This document shows, piece after piece, positions 1 through 12,342 of a DNA stretch of 64,000 nucleotides. The stretch lies in assembly GCF_009914755.1 (NCBI RefSeq), contig NC_060929.1. One strand, given 5' to 3'. Position 1 is the stretch's first letter; each line of letters opens with the position of its first letter. A program made the position numbers and the translations under genes. The DNA is from the human T2T-CHM13v2.0 reference genome, Homo sapiens. Below the pieces are notes generated by a model, which saw only the letters and a list, made by a program, of their open reading frames with translations, did not search any database and was not told the DNA's origin.

Positions 1-259
1 TTTTTTCCTCCCTTATAGTCTGTTAAATTGACTAATAAACCCAACGCAGCGTTCTCTGTGCAGCTTCAAAAAACTCAGTAATTTCGTTAGAAAACGTTGA
101 AATCCGACCCCAAAGTATTCAGCCCAAATGTTTAGTTAAAGTAACCCCGTGGGTTAATAAACTAAACAAAGGCAACCCATGCAAAACCGGAGCAATGAAA
201 ACCAGGCTACATAAACGAAGGGAAGTTTATAAGAACTCTTTGGGAGGAAAAAAAGAGAA

Positions 260-1310
260 AAGGCACCGGGCACGGAGGTTTAATGTGAAGCATGTGAGCG
301 GGGCTCAGTTTACAGGTACGCGGGCCGATGGCGAAGAGCGCTGTCAAGCGGCCTCGAGGATTTCGGGGGGTTTGCGCCGCCGAGGAAACCCTACCCGGAC
401 GAGGCGAGCAGCCTGGTGGCCCTGGCGGCCGCGAGCTCCCGGCTGCCACCGCTAGGCGCCCCCGCCCGGCCCGCCGGCGCTCCGAGGGCAAACCCGGGCG
501 GCACAGCCGTGCGCCCTGGGCTCCGCGCGCCCAAGGAAAGGGCTTCCCAGTCACCCTGCGGCGACGCTTCTCCCTCCCGGGAATGACACCTTCGCTCGCT
601 TTCACACAGCCAAGCCGTTGGAGAGGCAGAAACAGTGGGTCCCGAGCCCGCAGGAGAAGTTCCCATCCCGCCCCTCTAGCCCTCGGGCGTTGGCAGTGGA
701 GTAACAAAGACGCTGCCGCGCCGTTGACCCCGAAGAAGCTCTGATGAAAAGGAGGGCGGGCCGCGGGATAGGAGTTTCTACAATTAGTTTTTTCTGCCTT
801 TACGTTCCCAAGAAGAAGCCGAGGAAGTAGAAAGGAGAGAGATCTGGGAAAGGCAAGATCCAGAAATCAGGAGCCATTATGTTTCTCATTTTGGAGAAAA
901 ACTGTAAAACAGCTCGGCCTCTTGTCCACCTTGCCCCGAAGGCAAGTCTGGATATGAAAAGAAAAAGGCGGGCAACGGAGGAGATTTATTTTTCATTTTA
1001 ACTTTCCTCTCCCAGGCTTCCTCACCCCCTGCCCCCTTCGATTCCTAGGAGGGGCGGCCCCAGCCCTCGGAGCCGATTCTCGGCGCTGCGCTAGGACATC
1101 AGAGGCGATACAGGTTCGATGTTAAATGAACCTTCAGGCCGCCGGACAATGGCGCAGACCTCACACGGGGGCACCGCGCCTTCCCCCAGCCGTGCTCGGC
1201 TCCCGCCGCTTCTTTATTTCACGTGGTGGAATCCTCCGCGTCTCCTACAGCCGCCGAACCAATGGGCAGACCGGGGAGAGCGGGACGCGCAGGAGAGGGT
1301 TTGAAAGGAG
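260..1310. promoter_or_regulatory. CpG island(s) with GC boxes, E-box (CACGTG 1220-1225) and CCAAT box (~1259)
   Basis: Very GC-rich with dense CpG (e.g. cgcccggcccgccggcgc), free of interspersed repeats; motifs read directly. Confidence 0.8.
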
Positions 1311-2079
1311 GTGTGGGTTTTAATTTTTAAAGAGCATAATTGGGCTGAGGAGGGTTATTTTTTCCTTGGCCACGGGAAAAAAAAGAGGAAGAAGGGGAAA
1401 AAAAAGTCAGGCGAAACACAACACATTTATCTATCAACCGCTAGACAAGACAAAGAGGTTTTAACAACAGTTTGAAAAGAGCGGCCTGTGAATGGTTACT
1501 ATTCAATTTGTATTTTATTCCCCGCTGGTCATGGAATTGAGATCAGAAGAAAAAGTGAAAACACATGGCTGAGGTCAGGGGATCAGAGAACCACCACATA
1601 CAGCAAAGGGAAGGGAAAGCAATGGGAACTCGTGTGAAGAAATGGATTATATAAACAGAGCTTACCATCGCCTGCGCCCCATTATCCTATAATTTACCCT
1701 GCATGGGAGCATAGAAATATATTAAACTAGTGATAGGTTTTACCATTTCTTTACAACCCAGCCTCGTGCCAATCAAGCCTACTATATACTTTGAGACATG
1801 TTTAGAATTCTTGGACTAATGTGTTTATTTTAAATATCACAGGGAAATTATTACATCACTAGAAAATAATGCCAGAGCGGGGGTCTGCCGCCCTTTTGAA
1901 GTCCTGCTGCAACGAAACATGATTTTAATTACATAATCACTTTGAAACTATAATTATACAATAAACGATGAGGATTAAGCGGGAAGTATAGAGTACATTA
2001 AAAATTGCTTAGGTCTTGAAAAAACAAACTGAACATGCAGGGGGAAAAGAAAGAGATGAAATCCGAGGTCCTGGGAGGG

Positions 2080-2800
2080 GGGTTGATAAATCCTGCAATC
2101 GCTTTGCTCTGAGCTGCGGCGGGAATCAGAGCCTAGGGCTCTCTTTGCCTGGGCCAAGGGAGCGGGGGCGATGGCTGGAGTCGTGTAGCCGAGGAGAAGC
2201 CCGTAAATCTGAGACGGAATCAAAGAGAAGCGCGAAGGATGGCTTCGGGTTCGTTAGCTAACCTTTCTACACGGAAACAAGTAAACAGGGTTGTTGCCTT
2301 GGCGTTTACTAAATTCATTTACACTGAAAACCACATGTATGACACAGAGAGGTTGAGCGTTGCCAAGGACTGCTTTGTTTGCTCTTCCCTTCCAGGAGGA
2401 AGGGAACGAACGACACGAACGGCGTCGTGGGTACCCTGATGCCCACAATGAGTTTATAAATAACTGCGCATAGGTGGCGCGGGCATCCATCCCACCGCCA
2501 CTGCGAACACCCCTGGGCACGCCTTGTTCCCCGGGTGCACACGCCTAGCGCGCACTCGGTTTCGCACCAGCTTTCTCTCCCTAAGCTCCTTTCCAGAAAG
2601 TTGCTCCGCTGCTTAATTTTGCTCCTGTGTTTGTCTTCAGGTGAGGCCAAGGGCAGGTACATGGTTCTCCCTTCAAAATATAGAAACTTGGCTAGGCCCA
2701 GAGTTCGCCGACGTGCGTCTCCCTCCCCTCAGCTTCCATGAGAACTTCTTCCCAGAACTTCTACAGAGCCTGGGGGCGCAGAAACCGGGTCCTGGACGCT
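2080..2800. promoter_or_regulatory. CpG-rich island/shore segment
   Basis: Many retained CpGs (gaacgaacgacacgaacggcgtcgtgg, agcgcgcactcgg); forkhead motif gtaaaca at 2281. Confidence 0.65.
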
Positions 2801-3934
2801 GGTCCTCCTTGCCTTCAGATCCTGATGGGGGTTGGAGGGGGTTGCACTGGAGCCCCGTGGATGAAGAGTTCTAGTCCTGAACACAGAGTCCCGAAAGATT
2901 TTGGAAGCACCCTGGAGACAGAAGTCCCACAGGTAGAGGCTAGTGACTCTTTTCAGTAGCACCTACTTTCCCAAGTGGGCTTTGCCAGGCCAGAGCGCAC
3001 TGGAGAGGGAGAGGGCGTGCAATTCCTGATTAGGGACTCATTTTTAAAAGGCTGGTTTTTATGAGCCTGGCATCACCAGCATTCCCTCCAAGGATAGCCT
3101 CTGCTCGCCTTCAATATTTTATAGCAAGTGCCCTGGGTGAGGGGGTTGGAATGCCAGTGTCTGGCCCATAAACGTCTCACATATAAAGAGTTACACGCTC
3201 CCATTTCAACCGCGGCAGAGGGGAATCCAGGTGCAAGAGGACACTCCAGCTTTTGGCTCAAGCAGAAAATTATGATTGAAAGAAGAAGCTGCGATGTTTA
3301 AATTCACCCGCAATCTGGAAGATGTTTTGTCCAGGAACTCAGACATGAGGTGTTGGGAGAAAGGAGAGAAAGTGACACTAAGAATCTTTCCTTGCCTTCA
3401 CTTGGGCCTCATGATCGCTCCCAACCCTGCCCAGTCGCCCCACCAGCACGAGGCAAATGACTGTCTTCAGCTCCGAACATTAATATTAAGACATCAGCAT
3501 TGCATTAGTCTGCAATGGACCATCAACGATCAAGAAAAAAATACAAAGGAGAAATGAAATAGCTCATCCGAAAAGTCCTACTGTCATCGTGTTTATTTTT
3601 TGCTTTGCTAAGCCCAAGATATAATTTACTCACTGCTCTCTTGCAAACAAAAGGGCCGTGATAGCCTGGCAACGTTGAAGAGCCCCTCTCAAAATCCCCA
3701 AGGAAATTACAACTGGGCAGGAATTCAGGAGCCGTTTTTATACCAAGCCCGAAGCGCCAACTTGCACAGTTCCTTCCCAGGATGAACACTGAAGAGGCCA
3801 AAATTTAAAAAAAGGAAGGAAGGAAGGAGACTCTTGAGGAGTAATAATAATAAGCATTATTTATCTGCCTCCTACTTAATACAAGCAATTTACCTACCTT
3901 ACCTCTTTCATACTTACAGCAAAGCTATAGGGTT

Positions 3935-4072
3935 GGCTGGGCATGGTGGCTCAAGCCTGTAATTCCAGCACTTTGGGAGGCCGAGGCGGATCATTTGAGG
4001 TCAGGAGCTTCAGACCAGCTTAACCAATATGGTGAAACCCCGTCTCTACTATTAAAAAAAATAAAATAAAAA
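3935..4072 (+). mobile_element. Alu left monomer only, inserted in a MIR-like fragment
   Basis: ggctgggcatggtggctca...gaaaccccgtctctact followed directly by A-rich tail; imperfect flanking duplication aaagctatagg/aaagctgtaag. Confidence 0.9.
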
Positions 4073-4129
4073 GCTGTAAGGTAAACATTGTAATACCTAC
4101 TTTATTGATAATATAAAATACTTATACGA

Positions 4130-4310
4130 TATTTATTATATGCCTAGCACTATGGTGTTTTACATTCATTTATGCCTTACAACATCGCCATATAGGGAGG
4201 AATATTATCCCCATTTCACAGAAGAGGAACTGAAGCACACAGAGATGATCTAATCTGTCTTAGGTCACGTGGCCATAACTGGCCAGGGATGGATTGGAAT
4301 CCAGACTTGT
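4130..4310 (-). mobile_element. MIR SINE
   Basis: MIR core attatccccatttcacagaagaggaactgaagcacacagag...aggtcac. Confidence 0.75.
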
Positions 4311-4429
4311 GATATCTTGACACACTATACCACCAAAGGAAGTGACGGGCTGGGAGAAGTTGGGGCTTATCCGAGGTTCCAGGGAGGACTCCAAGGAGCC
4401 GGGACTGGAGCCCATATCTTGAGAGTAGG

Positions 4430-5295
4430 GATTGTGGTGCGCCGCCGGTACTCAAGGAGCCACCCGCGCGCAATGTGGAAGGGCGGCGAGTCGCCCTCGG
4501 GGCCCACAGCGCCGTCGGGCAAAGAACCAGAGGCGTGGAGCGAATGCAGCGCCCGGGAGTCAGGGCTGTTAGTGGCGTGGCCCGCCGGGCATTGAGCTGT
4601 TTCCTCCAACGCCTGGTCCCCCGCGGCCTAGGCCCAGTGTTTGCTTTTGCAGATACGTCAGAGGGAACATTCAGGAGGGGCGGGCTCCCAGGCTCCCAGG
4701 AGACCGCCCGGAGCCTCCGGAGCGCGACGAGGCGCGGGGCCTCGGAGATCTGGCCTGCCAGATTGAGGGGGAGGGGAGGGGGCCTGGCCCAGCAGCTGGA
4801 CAGGCGCGCAGTGCCCGCAGCCCGCGAGTGGGCGCCCAGCTGGCTTCGCACGGGTGAGGGGCTCAGCCTGCACTTCCCTCCTCCACCCCGACCGCCGAAC
4901 GCGTCCCGGCTGGCTTCAGAGTGCGCTTCTCGTGGACGTGCTGCGCGCACCCTAGGGAGATGCGCGGCGTCCGCGCGGGTCAGCGCCCCAGTACCACTCC
5001 CCAGTGTACTCCCCAGGTACACGCTTCCCTTGCGCGGCGAGTTTCAACTCAGGTCAGAACGGAGCTGAGCGGTGGGCGGAGTGGAGAAAGGTCCCGGAAA
5101 TTGGCCAAGAGGGGGCGGTTTCGAGGTAGTGCCTTCGAAGTGTTGTCCAGACCAGCAGGGAGGGTCGCCTCCACCTGCGGGGCCTCCTCCAGCTCCACAA
5201 GGTAGCCCCGTAGGGACTTGCAGATCTGCCAGACCTAGCAGTGAGACCACTGCTCCCACTGAATGGCGCCGCCTGCGGGCTGGCCCAAGCTCTAT
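4430..5295. promoter_or_regulatory. CpG island
   Basis: Dense CpG, GC boxes (gggggcggg, gggggcgg), G-tracts 4767-4782, ETS/CRE-half-site ggaagtgacg just upstream (4338-4347). Confidence 0.85.
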
Positions 5296-5719
5296 GCACC
5301 GGCTTTATCTCATTTTCTCCTCACCGTTAATAACTGGCAAGGCAGTGTGATCACCCTACTTGGAGAAGACATCCTGTTCTAATGGCTTAGCATAGCGCCC
5401 ATTACTTCTAGGGGAGTAACACATGCCAGTTCCTCCCATTTTATAGGAGGAAGGCACCAAGAGGGTAAACAGTCTCAATAGACACAACTAGTAGGTGCCT
5501 GAGTGTCCACTGGAATGGGTCTGCGGGCAGTCACCTGATGTCTGGACCCCTTTTACTTCTTCCACTGACCTTTGGGAGGCCAGTGTTTCAGAAAAACTCG
5601 GGGTGGGAGCTGTGGGTAGAACTGGGAAGATGGAGGGGGAGGAAGGTCCTTCGCAGAAAATCGGAAAGGCAGAAGGCCCATTAGAAGGCTAAGTTCTAGT
5701 TGGGCAGGGAGCTTTGAAT

Positions 5720-6130
5720 CATTACTATACTCAAATGAGAAGCACTTGAGTGCCAACCACTTGTCCAGTGCTGTGCTGGGCCCTTCACAGATGAGCTGTG
5801 TTTTCCATCTTGGCTGCACATGGGGATTGTTTGGGGAATTTTAAAAATCTGATGCCCAGAGCAATTAAATCATCATTTCTAGGAGTAGGACCAAAGCATC
5901 ATTTTTTTTAAAGCTTCCCAAGGAATTCCAATGTGCAACCATGCTTGAGGACTTCTGCCTTGGGGAAATTATCTTAATCCTCACAACTCCTCCACATAGC
6001 AGATACCATTACGATGCCTATTTCATCAGTAAGAAAAGCCAAGGCTTAGAGAGGACCTGTATTTGGTCCGAGTCAGCCCAGAGACTAGCACAGGTTAATC
6101 TGGCGTGACACAGCAGACATCCAGCCTGTC
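5720..6130 (-). mobile_element. MIR interrupted by MER5
   Basis: MIR-like segments (ttaatcctcacaac..., aagaaaagccaaggcttagagagg) on both sides of MER5. Confidence 0.55.
5794..5958. mobile_element. MER5-family hAT-Charlie MITE
   Basis: tggctgcaca...ttaaaaatctgatgccc...aattaaatca...ttttaaagcttccca...atgtgcaaccatgcttgag, the palindromic MER5 layout. Confidence 0.7.
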
Positions 6131-6457
6131 TGGGCTGAGTCCCCTTCTAACTTTCACCCCCAGGAGTTTACTGTGCTGGAGAGACAACCTAAGGTCACAG
6201 CAGGAAGAGGTAGGAAGGCTTCTGAAGTTTCACAGCTTCAGGCAGAGAGCTATATTCAGGGTCTTGAGTACAGAGGGAGGCAGGATGGGAAGAAAGGGAA
6301 AGTAATAGCTTTGGTTTTCTTTGGGAAAAAGTAGGTTAGGTTCCCAGATGACCCTGCACTCCAGAGTGCCCTGTCTGGGTGTCTATTACTTGAAAAGGTG
6401 GCATGTGATGACTCAAGCCCAGCCACATGGATGAAGAATCACCCCTTAGGAAGCCTG

Positions 6458-6625
6458 GAGTGGTGAAATGAGCACTGGACTAGGAGTCAGGAAATCGAAA
6501 ACCTATCCTAGCTGAGCCATTGGCTGGCAGCATCACCTTGAGCAAGTCATAATCTCTGAGCCTGTTTTCTCTCCTGTAAAATAAAGTGGTTGGATAGTAT
6601 TATCTCTAAGGTTACTTGCTGCTCA
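6458..6625 (+). mobile_element. MIR3/MIRc SINE
   Basis: agcactggactaggagtcagga...ccttgagcaagtca...ctctgagcctgttt...tgtaaaat...ttggatag...tctctaaggt. Confidence 0.75.
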
Positions 6626-7260
6626 TACATTTATGGTTATTTCTGGCCCTGGTGTGAATAAACTTAAGTCTGGATTCAAGTTGGAAATACAAATGACAAT
6701 AGTTTAGCATCTTCATGATTTCAATTGCTTTTCAGATCTTCTCTAAAAGAAGGACTTGCTAGTTCCATTTTGACAATTAGGGAAACTTAGGCTCCAAGTT
6801 ATTCAAATTCCCCTAGTAGATTCTACTTCTACTCCTGGTAACGTGTCTCCTCTCAACCCATCTGTTCAGGTCTTATAGGTCATTCTGTGGTTGGAGAACC
6901 TCGGGGCATTCAGAGAAGTAGGGCACTGGACAGAACAGGGCAGGCAGCTTAAAGCCTTAAAAACACCCTAAATAAGCTTCAGAATTTAAGCAAGGTCAGG
7001 GCAAATTTTGTCTGTGGGAAGGGAGTTGGCGGATGGAGAACTAGTCTTCTGAATCAGAGACTTTTCTCAAAGTCTTGTGTTTTTTTGTTTGTTTGTTTGT
7101 TTTTCATCCATCCTGATTCCTAGGTAATGCCTCCAAAGGGCTTTAAAAGTATAAGGGCTAGAGTCATGATTCATTATCCTGAAGAAGGGCCCAGTGTGGG
7201 CTTGTAAAGGCATTCTTGTCCAAAGCACTTTAGCTCTCTACATATATGTGTCTTGTGCCT

Positions 7261-7433
7261 CAGTGTCCTAATTTCCAGCTGTTCATTAGAATTAGCCAGG
7301 GAGATTTCAAAATAACCATGTCCAGGTCCTATCCAGATCAATTAAATCAACAGCTCTGGTGGTAAAGCCCACACATGGATTTTTTTTAAGCTGCCATGAT
7401 TCTAATATGCAGCTGGGGTTGAGAGAAATTGCT
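7261..7433. mobile_element. MER5-family MITE
   Basis: cagctgttcattagaattagccagggag...aattaaatcaa...gattctaatatgcagctggggttgaga. Confidence 0.7.
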
Positions 7434-7499
7434 TTAAATGCTATAGAAAGGCCATGGAGAGGCCAGTGGCCAGGCTAGAGCTCTAAGAAGACAAGTCTG

Positions 7500-7925
7500 G
7501 CTGTGGTTCCAGCTGTGAGGCTGAAGCCATCAGTGTGCATGTGATTGCCTAGGGAAAGGGTAGAGTCAGAGAGAGCTGAGGACTGAACCTTAGGAAAGCC
7601 CAATACTAGTGAGGCAAGAAGAAGTGGGAGGGATTCTGAAAGAGACTGAAGTGGACGAACTTGAGATGCCAGAGAAAAGCCTGGGCTGCTCTCCTGGCAG
7701 CCAAGAGAGAAGCCATGGTGGTCAGAGAGGTCAACAGTGCTAATGCCACCAAGAGGCTGATTTAAGATTACGACTGAAAAGTCTTCATTGGACTTGACGT
7801 CCAGGAAGTCTTGGGTGGCCTTAGAGGAGCATGGTGGGGCCAGGGAAGCTGAAATGCAGTGGGTTGAGAAGTAAATGGAGGTGAGCCAAGAGAGACAATG
7901 AAACTCCTTTCAGCAAGCCAAGGAT
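7500..7925 (-). mobile_element. L2 LINE fragment
   Basis: Purine-rich L2 antisense motifs (gaggactgaacct, gactgaaaagtcttcattggacttgac, gcagtgggttgagaagtaaatggaggtgag). Confidence 0.65.
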
Positions 7926-7959
7926 GCAGTTATAACTGGGCCGGATCATCTCCCCTGAG

Positions 7960-8460
7960 ACAGTAAGCATCTCTTCACCACCCCCACAGAAAACATAAAA
8001 AGAATTTGGCTGTTATTTTTGATGCCCAAAGTGGGATTCTCCCCTATAGGTACAGACATCTACCAGCACTATATACCAGAGAGAAGCCATGTCCAAACTC
8101 TGAGCCAGAATATGCAGCCTATTTAAAACCTGCTTGATTATTCTCAGAAACAGTGGCTAACTCGAGGGTAAAATAGGCCACTGCAGCCAGGTGGCAAACT
8201 GAGCCATACCAGCCACGACTCGTGGCCACAAAAATCAGTGTCGAAGCTGCCAAGCCTTCGAGGCCTGACTTTGTTGCCTAACAGGAAACCCATGGAGCAA
8301 AACAACCTATACTCCTCCCCCAGAATGGTTGACCACTATAAGGAAACTCAGAGAGCCTACAATGAGAGAAAACCCACAAAAACACCAAAAAAGAAACAGA
8401 AGAACCCTATGTGAACAGCCCAACGCTGTCAACTATGACCAACAACCTTGACACTACGAG
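7960..8460 (+). mobile_element. Possible ancient non-LTR retrotransposon (I/Jockey-like) RT C-terminal relic
   Basis: Frameshifted translations give FSETV, LGVK-like, GKLSHTSH, LTGNPW/GAKQPIL and IRKL/ESLQ motifs in the expected order. Confidence 0.35.
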
Positions 8461-9779
8461 GGGACTTTGCTGTCTTATCTCTGCTAGCCTTCTTCAGGGC
8501 AGAAACCAGCTCTGCAGCAGGACAGGAGGGGGACAGAGCCAGTGCATGGTGTTGTGTCTTTCTCCCCTCCTCCTCTCTTCAAGGGGCTGCCCACTCCTCC
8601 TCTCCCAATCTGACCCTGTCAAGATCCACTTGCACCAGAGGAGCTACCGAGCTAGGTAGGACCCAGCAGGCCACCGGGCCCAGGCTTCAGCAACTGACCT
8701 ATGGGGATAACCTGGATAAACTTCAAAACTTTGTCTCCTCCTTGGTTGCCACTTGGCTTACATCAAAAAGACAAGGACGCATCAGAATAGCTATTCCCCC
8801 TGGGCTGGGGGTGACAGGAAGGGGACACAAAGGGGTACTCTCTTTCTTGATCTGGGCGTAGGGTAATGGATATGTTCCAATAAAAGTTCCTTGAGCCTTT
8901 ATGATTTGTGTACTTTTCTGTTTGTGTACCGTACTGCAAAAAAAAGTTGTTGCTGCTGTTTTTTTTTAAGGCAATGATGAACATGTCCAGTGGCTCACTG
9001 TCTCCAGGCCCCAAAATACCACTCTGCTATTTCTCTCTCTCTTCAGGCAATGGCCTGCAATTTTCCTTTTGCCCTGCAGCCACCACCATGTAATTTGCAC
9101 CTCACTAATTTCCTGGCTGAGTCTTAATGGTGTCTGGTCACTGCTCCACCCTCCTGGAAAACATTGACCTGTTGCAGGTCCTGCCCAGCAGTTTGTTGTG
9201 TGGGCTGTAGAGGCTGCATCTGACTGGCCACCTTGGACTTGGAATACTTATTAGAAATTCAGCTTTGAAAAAAATCACTCAGAAGGGCAGATGGTCTGGT
9301 GACACAAAATCACTGTATTGCAGCTTCCTCAAAACCTGTGGTATGAATGGAGCTGAGATGGTTTTAGAGTTGTTCTGAGCAAGCAAAGTATTACATTTTG
9401 CTAGGTTTGAGGGGGTGTTGCTTGGCAGGGCTGACTGATTGTCGTTTTTGCTCTCCAATTTTCTGCTCGCTGAAGCATTAAAGTGGCAACCCTGAAGTCA
9501 TTATAAAGCCAAAGGCCTGGGCACAGAGCACTTAATTCCAATCTGCAAATAAAAAGCTTTTATTAGACCTTCTTTCCTTCTCATTTTGCCTTAGATCTCA
9601 AATTGTCTTTCACAGGGTCTCGCCACAAATGTAACTGTAGTGGATCACGAAGTACTTTTGCAGGTGGCAATTAAAACAGTTGAGTTCTTCTCCCTCCATA
9701 ATGAAGGGTTAGGAAGACTATATATGTGCTGAGTAAACACCTCCAATTCTTTATTTAAGCTTCCCGATTCTTAAGGGAG

Positions 9780-9970
9780 AGTGGTTTAGTGGAAAATTTC
9801 ACTTGGGTTAGATGTCAGAAGAGCTGGGTTCTGGTACAGATTAGCTATGTGACCTCAAATAACTTATTTAGACTCTTTGAGCCTCAGTTTTCTAATCTAT
9901 CAAATGAGAGGGTTGGACCAGATAATAGCCAAGGGTTACTTTGTTGTCTAATGTTCTATGAATCCATGAT
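9780..9970 (+). mobile_element. MIR3 SINE
   Basis: gagctgggttct...tagctatgtgacct...gagcctcagttttctaatctatcaaatgagagggttggaccagat...ttctatgaatccatga. Confidence 0.8.
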
Positions 9971-10464
9971 ATTCTTGCATAGCTAAATATATGTTCATCC
10001 TCCTTAATTAGATGTGTTATAGTTAGTAAGAAAAAAATCCTGTCTACTCGTGAATGAGTATTCATTAAATAAGCAAATATTTATTTAACAAAGTCTATGC
10101 TGGTCACACTGGCATCTCTGTGAAAGACACAAATATTTCTGTGAAGACACAAAGATGAATACAACTAAATTTTTATTAAGTATCTGAGAATATCCAGATA
10201 TTAGAGGTAGCATGTATCTCCTTGGAAAGACAGTGATAGTAATGAACATGTAAACTCTCTGATCAGATCATGGACAAGGCATAAACTCCTGCCCAAGTGA
10301 CCATCCTGACTCAGAGGTATGCCCTGATTCTCCATCATATTCTGTTTAAAAGTCACCTCTGTAAAGTTTTCAAAGTTGGAATATCTTATTAGGGTCTTCC
10401 AATGAATTGATTTAGGAAATTTGCTCAGTTTTGAAACATATGTAAGTTGACATTTAGTTCACTC

Positions 10465-10756
10465 TTTATTTTTAGAGACAGTTATGCTCTGTCACCCAGG
10501 CTAGAGTGTAGTGGCATGATTATAGCTCACTGCAACCTTGAACTCCTGGGCTCAAGGGATCCTTCTGCCTCAGCCTCCCAAGTAGATAGGACTATAGTTG
10601 TGCACCACCATGTCCAGCTAATTTTTAAAAATTTTTTGTGGAGATGGGGGTCTTGCTGTGTTGCCCAAGCTGGTCTTGAACTCCCAGCCTCAAGTAATCC
10701 TTCCATCTCAGCTCCCAAAGCACCAAGTTTACAGGTGAGAGCTACCACACCCAGCC
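10465..10756 (-). mobile_element. AluJ
   Basis: Full antisense Alu with J-type diagnostics (atagctcactgc, aactcctgggctcaag); TSD-like ttagttcact/ttggttcact. Confidence 0.95.
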
Positions 10757-10821
10757 TTGGTTCACTATTGATCTTAAATTGCTCAAAGTCTCTGGCCATT
10801 TTAAGGTTTTTTGTGTGCATC

Positions 10822-10847
10822 TGTGTGTGTGTGTGTGTGTGTGTGTG
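10822..10847. repeat. (TG)n microsatellite
   Basis: ~13 TG units. Confidence 0.95.
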
Positions 10848-11105
10848 TTTGGGTTCACATACACATGTGCGCCGGCCCACATTTGATATATGTATTTTGT
10901 GCTTTTTGTTAAGAAAAAGTTCCCTACCTAAGAGTTACCAGTATATTTTCACTATTAAATGCTTGCACGTCCATACATTTAGCCACGTCCACACACCCCA
11001 TGGATCTCTTGCCTTGCAGTCTGGGGAGCTAGAATCTGTGGCACTGTACCCTTGCCAGATCTGTCCCCACTAGCTCCTGATCCAAGTAGCTGGCAAGGCC
11101 CCCTG

Positions 11106-11260
11106 CTGGGACTGACTATATAATTTGCAGGGCCCAGTGCAAAATGCAAATGCAGGGCCCCTTGTTAAAAAGGTTTTTTAAAATTTCAAGACAGCAACAG
11201 TGGAACATTAAACCAAGTATGGGGCCCTTCCAAGATCACACTTCCATGAAGCCAGCCCTC
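11106..11260 (-). mobile_element. MER45A-like hAT-Tip100 MITE
   Basis: ataatttgcagggcccagtgcaaaatgcaaatgcagggccccttgtt...ttaaaccaag...catgaagccagccct matches recalled MER45A antisense. Confidence 0.75.
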
Positions 11261-11499
11261 CCATCTGATTTGCCTGTCTGTGCTGCTGGAAAAGGGCATG
11301 CATCAGAGCGAAGGACTGCCAGCGTCCGAGATCCCCCAGCACTGCTGTGCTTCTAGGCGGTTCTACTAGAGGCATCAGCTCACCATCACTTCTCACCAAC
11401 CCTGCCTCTACAGCTTGACAAAAGATGGAAAAACAGGAGAGATTGGCAGAACAGGGTGCACGAAGGATAGCTCACACTTATCAGAGAATGTCTTCAAAG

Positions 11500-11630
11500 T
11501 CTGTCAGAGAGCATCTCATCCAGCCTTTTGCTTTACAGATGTGGAAACTAAGACATTGAGAGGAGCCATGGTTCTACCAAGGCTACAGAGCTAGTTACAG
11601 CCAAATCTGAGGCCAAATCCCTGGCTTGCC
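11500..11630 (-). mobile_element. MIR fragment
   Basis: tttacagatgtggaaactaagacattgagagg...ccaaggctacagagctagtt. Confidence 0.7.
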
Positions 11631-12342
11631 TGCTAGCCAATACTAACTGCTAACACATACATAATCACACCTGGATTAAACAGTCCTCTGGGGATGCAGC
11701 CCATCTGTAAAGAAGGGCCAGTTTTTAGAATGTTCTTAAGTTTTGGGAAAAGCTTCTATTTTTTCTCTTTTGGTGGAAGGTGAGGAAGGAGGACCCAGGT
11801 GTGATACTGCAAAGTCTTCTAAGCTGTCTTCAGCATGCCCAGACCCCTTGTCACCATGGTGGCAGCACCTTCCCTCCCCAGCATTGAGAATCCTCAAGCT
11901 CACCAAGCTCCACACCTCTATATTCGTCCAGTTTGAGGGGTTAGGTTATGGCTTTGGGTTTGAGTGGGTTTCAGTCAAAGAACAGGGTGATTTCCCAGCT
12001 GGCCGAAACCTCAGAGATCTCTGAAAAGCAGTGGGGAGAATGAGATAACCAGAGGGAAGGAAGGGTCTGTGAGGAAACCCCCTTCTCTGGACCCAGGAGG
12101 CCTGTGCTCACAGAATCTCGGAAGGCCAGATCCAGAAGGGATGGCAGATGCTGGGCTCAACCCATTCACTGTAACTGGTGTCAAAACCAAAGCTGACAGG
12201 TGACTTATCCAGAGTCAGAGACTAAAATCCATGGCTCCTGCCTTGCATCCCAGGCTCTTTCTACTTTGTCAGTCTGTTAATGGTCTAGCCACTCTTTTAT
12301 TTTTAAAACCTTTAATTTGGGGATTTTTATCCTTTCAAGACA

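Noticed and set aside
195-744. Several overlapping ORFs in the first CpG island
   Set aside because: GC-driven open frames on both strands with no domain or exon structure
4216-5068. Overlapping 268-aa and 197-aa ORFs
   Set aside because: R/G/A/P-rich stop-poor frames expected in a CpG island; no recognisable domain; the longer one extends into a MIR
1-5300. Naming the adjacent gene or locus
   Set aside because: No exon or uniquely recognisable sequence in the window; needs BLAT
10447-11073. 208-aa ORF and similar ORFs at 17150, 31416, 61486, 62669, 63038
   Set aside because: Antisense Alu translations ([14 protein letters not shown])
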